Assembly: GCF_000372725.1 (NCBI RefSeq)
Contig: NW_005201123.1
Span: forward strand, 62,001 to 126,000
Direction: 5' to 3'
Length of the DNA stretch: 64,000 nt
Source of the DNA: Emiliania huxleyi CCMP1516
Taxonomy: Eukaryota
Shown here one piece after another: positions 55,263 to 64,000 of the stretch (positions are counted from its first letter, which is position 1; each line of letters begins with the position of its first letter). A program made the translations under genes and the position numbers. The notes beneath the pieces are model-generated. The model saw only the letters and a program-made list of their open reading frames with translations, made no database searches and was not told where the DNA came from.

Positions 55263-55592
55263 CAGTGGAATCGGTGCTGTGCCTGTGCTCAGTCGGGAGA
55301 TCTTGCTCTGGAGGGCTGCATATCTAGCCTCACTGGGAGCCTGCCTTTGCGTCATGAGGGCAGGCAGGGGCCAGGCATCTCTTGTGGTGCATTCTTGGCA
55401 GCCAAGGAGCAAAGCACGCACGCGGCCCTGGCTAGCTGTGGTGTGGCCGGGAAGCCGTGCTAAAGATGCGTTCCCGCACTAAAGATGCGGGACCCACACT
55501 AAATGTACTGCAGCTGCCCGCACCTAAAGTGAACTAAATGTGGCGCTAAATTGGAGATAAAACACACTAACTAAATTTGTGCTAAATAAATA

Positions 55593-56029
55593 CAGTTCCG
55601 GACGGGCATTAAGAACGCACAGGTTCTTCGCCCAGCCTCAGGTTCTTAGCTAAGTTGGCGGTCCGTCGGGGGCCGAGCCTCAGGTTCTTAACCGGGTGGA
55701 TGGTTTTTAAAACCGTTTCGGCTTCGATTAAAAATCAACAAAATTGGGTGTTAAAACAGTTTGGAAGTTTGGAACAGTAAGTTCGCATGGCGTGACAAGA
55801 GAGTCATATGTTGGACTGTTGCGCGCTCGCGCGTCGTTTCGTTGTTTGTGTGAACCTTGTATGTGTGTTGCATGGGATGCCGCGCTCGCGAGTCTCGGTC
55901 ACATCGATGGTTGTAGTATAGAACCCAGCATCGCCCAGCCTCAGGTTCTTAGGGAGTTCTTAGGGATCCGGCCGAAATATCAGCCTCAGGTTCTTAACGT
56001 TAGAGGTTCTTAATGCCCGTCCGGAACTG
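55593..56029. mobile_element. Tc1/mariner-type MITE, 437 bp
   Basis: 24-bp perfect TIR CAGTTCCGGACGGGCATTAAGAAC; TA TSD at 55591-55592 and 56030-56031; internal AGCCTCAGGTTCTTA x4. Confidence 0.92.
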
Positions 56030-56145
56030 TATGTGCTAAATATGTGCTAAATATGTGCTAAATATGTGCTAAATATGTGCTAAATTCGCTCTAAAGACGC
56101 ACTACACACCACTCGAACACACACTAAATAGCGCACTAAACTATT

Positions 56146-56686
56146 TTAATAAAGTTCATTCACAGCCTTGTTATTGAGAAGAAAATACCTCCTATGGCGC
56201 TGTGCGCTGGCCTGTGAGAGGTTGAGGTGCGAGCCCTGGAGGCCCTGGGGATGGGGGGGGACTACCCGCGGGCTTAGAAGGCCCGCGCGCAGGGGGGTGG
56301 GGCATTGAGACCGGTCATGAATGAGTGCGCGACACGCATGTTGCGAGCAGCGTTGTTGATGTTTTGCGCATCGCCACTGACGGCGGCGCGCGAGAGCTGT
56401 TGCGAGTGGTGTTGGGCGAAGCCCCGGGCGCTGCCGGAGGCTGTGCCGTAGTCGGTGCGGTCGACGGCGCTCGGGCTGCCGACCTCTTTGGCGAAGTTGA
56501 AGATGATTCTCTTGGTTGGCGGCGCGATGCCGCCCTGTGGCTTTCGACGAGACAAATTTTGACGATTCCGTTCTTGACATGGAGCGCGTCGTAGTACTGT
56601 CCCTTGTGCTCTTTGACCCAGCCTTTGCCGGTCGCATGGACGAGCGGGCCCTGTGACTTGTGGCCGCGCTCTTTGCACCCAAGAAT
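56146..56686 (-). mobile_element. 5'-truncated RLE-type non-LTR retrotransposon 3' end
   Basis: LGCKERG..GKGWVKEHKGQYYDAL..LVES/GGIAP..DRTDYG..FAQHHSQQLSRAAV; homologous to the 54945-55262 peptide; 3' UTR shared with 21948-22163. Confidence 0.72.
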
Positions 56687-56817
56687 TCACACGCAAAAAA
56701 TTTAGAAAGTGTCCTTCACCGACGTCAGCAAGGTTGCCGACACGCCCCGTCGCACGCGGCAGATGCTCGGCTAGGCCCGACGTCCAATTTTCCTCACCCA
56801 CTACCTACTGCCTGTAG

Positions 56818-57128
56818 GCTGCGCGGCGTCGCCGAGCAAAAACGACAACGACGCTCTTCCTCTTTGTGCTGGCCACCCCGCCTCCACCGCAGCCTGCGGC
56901 GGAGGCGGTGACGGCGGTTTTGGCGGCCTCCGCGCGCGCCTCCTCGGCAGCCACGTCCACGCTGCCCGGGTCGCCGCCGCCGGTCCCCACCTCTCCGCTC
57001 ACACCGCCGCCGCCGGGCCCTCCTCCGGCGGGCCCTCCGAACCCGCCGCCAATCCTACCGCCGTCACCGCCTGCTCCGCCACGCGCGCCGCCGCCGCCGC
57101 CATCGCCGTTGCCGCCCTCGCTGCCGCC

Positions 57129-57159
<31 letters not shown>

Positions 57160-60100
57160 CCGCCGCCGCCCGTGGAAGCAAAGGTGTGGGGATCGCTGGT
57201 GGACACGACGGCGGAGTCGATCGCTGCGACCTCGCACACGCTCTACATCCGGCTTCTCAACGGCTCCGTCTGGGACCCGCTCGTCGTCGAGTCCTCTCAG
57301 CTCCCTCACGTCGCGCTGCGCCAGTCGATTGCAAACGCCGCCTCGCCGACGCCGCCGCCGCCGCAGTCGCCAGACGCGGGCGGCGGCGGCGGCGGCGACG
57401 CGGGGGCGCCGCCGCCGCCGCTATCGCTGTGGGGCGACCAGTGGGGCGCCGATGACGGCATCTTCCTCAAGGTCCAGCTGCTCGACTCCAACCTGAGCGC
57501 GGTGAGCGCGCCTAGACGCTGACTACAGATCCCTGCATGCCACCCGGCACCCGAGAAGCGCACGTGTCCCTTCACCTGGTGCCACACTGCACGATGCCGT
57601 CTTCCCGCCCCGACGCTGGTGCGAGCATGGCGCAGGTCGCCGACCCGGCCGCGACGTGTGACCCGCACCATGGCGGCGGTGCGCCGCGGCTCGCCCCTCG
57701 CCAGTCTCGCCGCCTCCTCCCTGCACGCGCGACGCACACGCGACACGCTGTCGGCACCCCTCCTCCCTGCCCCCCCCCCCTGCCCCGACACCCCTGCCCC
57801 TGTGCAGCCGCCCGCACACCCCCGCGCGCGCGCCAGGCTGCGCCGTCGTGCGCGTCGTGATCCCGCAGCTGCAGCGCTACTACCTCACCCCGGGCGCGCA
57901 GGAGGTGCTCCGCCTCCGAGTGGACGGCACGCACCGCCTTTGCGGACGCGTCCACCCAGGAGGAGCCTTCCCGGAGCCTTCCCGGAGCCCTCTCGGAGCC
58001 TTCCTGCAGGCCGGTGCGTCTTTGCGGACTCCACCACCGAGCGGGGCGCGGGCCCGGAGGCGGTCGCGACGACAGAGGTCGTCATCCACGGGTGAGACGT
58101 CTCCCGACGCTTCCTCACGAGTCCCCTCCCCCAGACCTTCCGATGCCCCACCGCCCCCCACCGACACTCTCCGAGGCGGTCTCCGACACAGCCTCCAGCG
58201 AGATGCGTGCCCGTGCCGCGAGATGCGTGCAAGACACGTCCATGACACGGCAGCGTGGCCATGTCCGCCAGGCGAGACATGGGGGAGATATGGCCGGGCT
58301 CATGTCCGCCAGGCGAGATATGGGGGAGATATGGCCGGGCTCATGTCCGCCAGGCGAGATATGGGGGAGATATGGCCGGTTCACGGCCGAGCCATGGCCG
58401 AGCTGTGCCGTGCATGTCCCGCCAGGCGGTACCCGTGCAGCGAGGAGACGAGCTGCCAGCGCTGCACCAACGAGGCGAGCCGCCGCTGCGCTTCTGAACC
58501 CCGAGTCGTTCACGTTCTGTTGACTCTGCATTGAATGCGACTGCCAGCCCTCTCCTGAGATCGCACATACCGCCTCGTGTGTCTGCCCCGCGTGTGCTCC
58601 GCGTGTGCGTGTGCCGCGTCGCCCGTGCTGGGACGTGTGTGTACGACTGACTGACTGACAGAGTCATTCATGTCGTGGGTGTTGTGTGCGGGATATGGGG
58701 GAGATATGGGCGAGATATGGGCGAGATATGGGGGAGGTATGGTGTTGTGTGCGGGAAGCGTTTGGGGAGGGAGGGAGTGGGGAGCAGGGTCTGCTCACTC
58801 ACGTGCACTGGGCCTCGCACATTGAACGCCGTGCCAGCTCCTGCCTGTCCGGGTGTGGGCCAAGTTCACACACACACCTTCCCTGGTCAGGCGGGCCGGC
58901 ACGCAGGCGACGGAGAGTCGGCTAACCAGTGCGGCTGGTGCGCCGCCAACAGCAGGTGCTTCGCGCAGCCCGACCATGGCTTCGGTTCGGGCGTGTGCCC
59001 GGGCTTGGTTTCGACGCGCACCAACCAGTGCGGAGAGTAGCCGCGATCCGCCCGCGATGCCTGCCGCGAGTAGCCGCGGCTCGTCCCGCAAATGGCGACG
59101 AGCACCAACGAGTGCGGCGGGCTAGGGAAGGGCGGGGGTGGGGATGGTGGTGGCGGGCCGGGGGGTGGGGGCGACGGCGGCGAGGGGGGTGGGGGGGAAG
59201 GTGGCGGGGGCGAGGGCGGAGGAGGCAGAGGCGGGCTCGTTGCACGGGTACCGCGGCACGTCCACGACGCGTCCGCGGTCGGTTGCTTTGCAGGTGCGGC
59301 GGCGCTTCGGACCCGACGACGGCGTCAGCGCGCAACTTGCGGCGCGTGGGCGTGGGGGTGCACGTGCTGAACGTCGGCGACGTCGATCTCAAGGCAGCGC
59401 GAGATGACGCGAGATGACGCGAGATGACGCGAGATGACACGAGATGACACGAGATGACACGAGATGACGCGATATGACACGAGATGACGCGTGATGACAC
59501 GAGATGACACGAGATGACACGAGATGACGCGAGATGACGCGAGATGACACGAGATGACACGAGATGACACGAGATGACGCGAGATGACGCGAGATGACAC
59601 GACGCCGCCCTCAAAAGGCGGCGCGCTTTTACGCGGACGTGCAGATCTACCTGCACGTCGAGCTAAACAAGGACGGCACCGACCGGCTCTACGCGGCGCA
59701 GGCGCCGTACACCGCCGACCGACTGCGCGAGGTGTGAGCAGCGCCTCTTCACAGCTGTAGCCGTGAAAAGGCACCGTACGACGACGGCCTCTCCGAGTGC
59801 AACGGAATGCAGCACTACCGCATGCGCGTCGCCGCCGCCGCCCTCGCCACCACCACCCTCGCCGCCGCCGCCCTCCTCGCCGCCGCCCCCGCCTCCCGCT
59901 CCAGTCCCGCCGCCGCCCTCGCCGCCGCCGCCCTCGCCGCCACCGCCGGACGATCTCCGTAGGTACAAGCCGGACGAGGATGACCTCAAGCGCTCGGATA
60001 AGGGCCTCTTTATGGTCAACATCGACCGGTACCGTTCGGTCGAGATGGTGGAGGCGACGCACGCACACACACACCCCGGCACCCCGGGCCTTGCACGTTG

Positions 60101-61822
60101 AATGCCGTTGGGCCGCGTCTATCTAGATGTGGAGTCGCGAGGGCTGCCTGGCCCTTGCCCCACCACCTTGTGTGTGTGGAGAAGTTTACCTGGCCTTGCC
60201 GTAGGTGAACGGCACGCTCCACCACTACCGCGTCCAGTCCAACTTTTACTTTCGGACGAACGTGCGCGACTGGCCGCTGCAGACGGAGCGGCTCGAGCTG
60301 CTGATGGAGATGTACGAGGAGACCTTCAAGAGCAGCCCGACGATGTTCTTTTGCATCATGCCCGAGTTGTCGGGCCTCTCGCAGTCCGTCCGATTCCCCG
60401 GCTCGCTCGACAACCAGGCGAGCCTTCCGGGAAAGCTGCACCGCCGCGCCCGCGCTGCACACGTGCAACACGGCCGCCGGAGCGCCTGGCTAGTGGCGCC
60501 TTCCCAGCCGCCCTCAGCTGTCCCTCTTCTGCCTGCAAGCGATGCCCCCTCCCTCCCCCCACCCCGGCCGGCCAAGTGTCTCCCTACAGCCATTGATTTG
60601 CCCCCCCAACCCCCCCCCCCCCCCCACAACAGCGCCTCTCCTACGAGACGCACATCAACCAGACTTGCTCCCCGCCCTTCCTGCGGCCGGTGCGCCAGTG
60701 CGCCGTCGAAGACGACGAGGGCACCCCCGCCGAGGAGGGCGGCGGCGCGGCGACCGCGCGCGGGCGCGCACTGACTGCGGCCGGCGGCGGCGGCATGTGC
60801 GGCGCGGGAGACGGCGAGGGCTACGACGAGGGGTACGCGCCCCCGTTTGACGACGGCCTCACCGAATGCGGGCGGCGCGCGCTGGCCGAGTCGAAATGAT
60901 GAAGGGACGTCTCGGGAAAGATCGGGCGATCTTGGGCAATCTCCCGCAGGCGCGCGCTGGCCGAGTCTCACAACGGCATCTTCGACCACGAGTGCCGCTG
61001 TGAGGTGGTGTCGGACTACACGCCCGGCTCCGACCGTGAGTCGTGCGGCTGCCAGGGCGGGCGGATCACGTCGTCGCGCCTCTCGTTTGCGATCCTGTAC
61101 GAGACGCCCGCCGCCGGCGCCGTGATCAGCGTCTACATGGCGCCCGCCTTCATCATGGTGATCGCCCTCGTCACGTACTCGATCCCGCCAAAGGCGGTGG
61201 AGACGCGCTTCTCGCTCGCAAACTCGGGGCTCGTGTCGCTCGTCCTCTTCCACTCGGGCCTAGTCGGCCCCTCCGCCGCACCGGCCCCACCCTCTCTCCC
61301 TAGACCCGTCCCCACATCTCCCCATAGGCCTCAAGTCGACCCTCCCCGTCACCGGCATCCTCACCAAAGCGGACTACCTGATGATCGCCTGCTACCTCGC
61401 CCTCTCCTCCTCCTTCGTCATCACCGCCCTCATTCTCTCGCTGCGCTTCAACGAGTGCGCGTGCCCGCGTCCCAGCCTCGTCCTCTGGTCGACAACTCTC
61501 GCTTTCGGCCGACCCTCGGCTCTCTTCCTCTCGCACCTGCGACACTGTGGGGGGTGCCATGGTTTGTGCGTGTGTGCGTGTGTGGGACAACTACCCGACC
61601 GAAGACGCCAACCGCCGAATCTTCTCGCAGGTACCCGCGCACGGCGCACGCCGTCTTCATCTGGAGCCGCATTCTCGGCCCTTTCCTCACGATCCTCTTC
61701 TTCCTCGGCGCCGACCTCGCCCGATACTACGACGACGCGAAACCCCTCCATCGGGAGCAACGCATTGCCCGCATCGATAATCGCGCCGAACTGGGCAGGG
61801 TCGAGCGCATTCATCTTGTCGC
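56818..61822 (+). CDS. Cys-less pentameric ligand-gated ion channel with Pro-rich and PSI-like N-terminal extension; both ends uncertain
   Basis: VGVGVHVLNVGDVDLK/AARFYADVQIYL; YRVQSNFYFRTNVRDWPLQTERLEL; SRLSFAI + M1 YMAPAFIMVIAL, M2 RFSLANSGLVSLVLFH, LPVTGILTKAD + M3, M4 SRILGPFLTILFF; PCSEETSCQRCT/NQCGWCAANSRC. Confidence 0.85.
59398..59600. repeat. 10-bp minisatellite (GAGATGACRC)n, ~20 copies, filling intron 59394-59617
   Basis: Directly visible tandem array. Confidence 0.95.
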
Positions 61823-64000
61823 NNNNNNNNNNNNNNNNNNNNNNNNNNNNNNNNNNNNNNNNNNNNNNNNNNNNNNNNNNNNNNNNNNNNNNNNNNNNNN
61901 NNNNNNNNNNNNNNNNNNNNNNNNNNNNNNNNNNNNNNNNNNNNNNNNNNNNNNNNNNNNNNNNNNNNNNNNNNNNNNNNNNNNNNNNNNNNNNNNNNNN
62001 NNNNNNNNNNNNNNNNNNNNNNNNNNNNNNNNNNNNNNNNNNNNNNNNNNNNNNNNNNNNNNNNNNNNNNNNNNNNNNNNNNNNNNNNNNNNNNNNNNNN
62101 NNNNNNNNNNNNNNNNNNNNNNNNNNNNNNNNNNNNNNNNNNNNNNNNNNNNNNNNNNNNNNNNNNNNNNNNNNNNNNNNNNNNNNNNNNNNNNNNNNNN
62201 NNNNNNNNNNNNNNNNNNNNNNNNNNNNNNNGGACGGGCCCCGACCGGCTCTACGCGGGCGCAGGCGCCGTACCCCGCCGACCGACTGCGCGAGGTGTGA
62301 GCAGCGCCTTTTTCACAGCTGTAGCCGTGAAAAGGCCCCGTAGGACGACGGCCTCTCCGAGTGCAACGGAATGCAGCACTACCGGCATGAGGGTGGCGGC
62401 CGCCGCCCTCGCCACCCCCTCGCCATCGCCGAGGGCTCCCGACGCTCCACCGCCCCACCCGCGAGCCATGCCATGTCCCGCCACGCCGCGCCGCAGGTCC
62501 TCCGCCGCCTCGGCCACTCCCAGCCAAAGTCGGAGCGCGGCAAGGCGATCAAGCGCCTCTCGCGGGTGCTGCTGCGCGGAGGCAAGGCGGCGCTCAGCCT
62601 CGTGCCCAGCCCACTCCGCCCAAGGTCTGCGGACCCCCAGTCGTATGCGCACCTCTCCTCGGCCGCCTCCCTCTCCGCCCCGCCCTCCACGGCGGTGGGC
62701 GACCGCACGGCGCCGCAGATTGCCGCGTACGAGGCGAGGTCGGAGAGGGAGGCGGCCGAGCTGTACCGCGCCCTAGATGCCTCGAGGTCGGATCTGCCTC
62801 TAGCGAGCCCTCGAGAGTGCACTGGTGCACTCTCCTCCGCCCACTGTTGTCCTCCGTACTCGCGCCGTGCATATTCGCAGTTTGTGTCTCGGACTCCGTT
62901 GCACTCACGCGCCGACGTGGCCCCGATTTGCCACTGCAGGTATCGCTCCCTGGCGGGAGAGGAGCTGCAGCAGAGGTGCGGCGCCGCCCGCCCGACTAGC
63001 TAGCTGGCCGGCAGTGCGAGACAGCTAGCTAGGGAGGCGGCGCGGGCCACGCTGCTCGATTGCAGCGAGGCGGGGAGGCGGGGAGGCGGGCGGAGAAGGG
63101 GGGGGGGGGTCCAGTCACACCTCGCCAGCTCGGGGCAGCCGAGCGGCGGGCCACGTGCGCCTCCTCCCCAGAGACGGTCGACGCGGCCAGAACCCGCCTC
63201 GCCGCAGGGCCGTCGTCGAGGACGAGTCCTCTCTCCTCGCCACCTCCGCCTCCCCGCCGACGGCCTTTCGTGGCGTCCCTCCCCCGATCGCCACGGCCGG
63301 CAGGGCGCCGCGCCGCCGCGAGAGCTGAGTGCCGCGGCTCTCACCCTGACCCCACCACGTGCGCGTAGGCGGACAGCCGCGGCGGGGACGGGCGCGAGTC
63401 GGGGTGGAGCGTGGCGGGATCGATCGAGTCGTTGGTGCCGCTACGCCCTTGACCCTAAAGCCTGGCCTGTCCCGTGACCTCACCATCCTCCCCTCCCCTG
63501 CAGCCTCCTCTCCCCTGCAGCCTCCTCTCCCCTGCAGCCTCTCCTCCTCCCTGACCCTCAGCCGGGCAAGCCCCCCATCACCCGACCCACCCCACCACCC
63601 ACCCCCCGCGGCGGCTCCAGAGGGCGGGGTCTGTGGGGGTAGGTGGCGCTGCAGCGCTCCACCTCGGAGCAGATGGGCGCGCTGCAGAGGCGCGGCGCCA
63701 CCATATTTCGCTCCCCCCCCCCCCNNNNNNNNNNNNNNNNNNNNNNNNNNNNNNNNNNNNNNNNNNNNNNNNNNNNNNNNNNNNNNNNNNNNNNNNNNNN
63801 NNNNNNNNNNNNNNNNNNNNNNNNCAGCCATCCTTGCCGCCTACCCCGCCGCCGCCGTCGCCGGGGGAGGGAGGATGGCGCGGGGAGGCGCCTCTCTTCA
63901 CACGCCGCCGGCTGGAGCGCCACCGCAGGCAGCTCGAGGCGCTGCAGGAGATGCAGCGCAAGCAGCTCGACCACGCCCGCCGCGAGTCCACCTTGCCGCG

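Noticed and set aside
62232..62390. Second ion-channel paralog
   Set aside because: Near-copy of 59673-59825 with scattered indels right after an N-gap; looks like a low-quality contig end or misjoin
62400..64000. Nameable gene in the final 1.6 kb
   Set aside because: Protein-like exons are present but split by gaps with no recognisable motif; may be the channel's tail or another gene

Overview
GC-rich, intron-containing eukaryotic DNA with four N-gaps. The GC-AG introns, GGC/CCG tracts, minisatellite-filled introns, an SBP2 gene and the repeat families most resemble the haptophyte Emiliania (Gephyrocapsa) huxleyi; this is inference, not a database match. Recognisable genes: a secreted Cys-rich ShK-like protein, an ARM+chromodomain+SET protein, an RgpF-like protein, an amino-acid permease, an M1AP-like protein, three intronless F-box+RCC1 genes (two are identical copies either side of a gap), SECIS-binding protein 2, a sulfotransferase, a copper amine oxidase, an Sfi1-like/EF-hand protein, a UBZ-finger protein, and a Cys-less pentameric ligand-gated ion channel with a PSI-like domain. 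Mobile DNA is abundant: hAT, Tc1/mariner and 3-bp-TSD TIR elements with intact TIRs/TSDs, a SINE-like family with a 3' stem-loop and (GTGCTCAA)n tail, non-LTR RT/RLE fragments, and decayed Ulp1, Tudor and GIY-YIG ORFs. The strongest leads are (1) F-box-RCC1 propellers with a fixed scaffold, hypervariable top-face positions and evidence of blade shuffling, and (2) many introns bounded by 6-19 bp direct repeats that contain the splice sites, often with minisatellite filler, suggesting intron gain by duplication. Exon boundaries were read by eye and need transcript confirmation.
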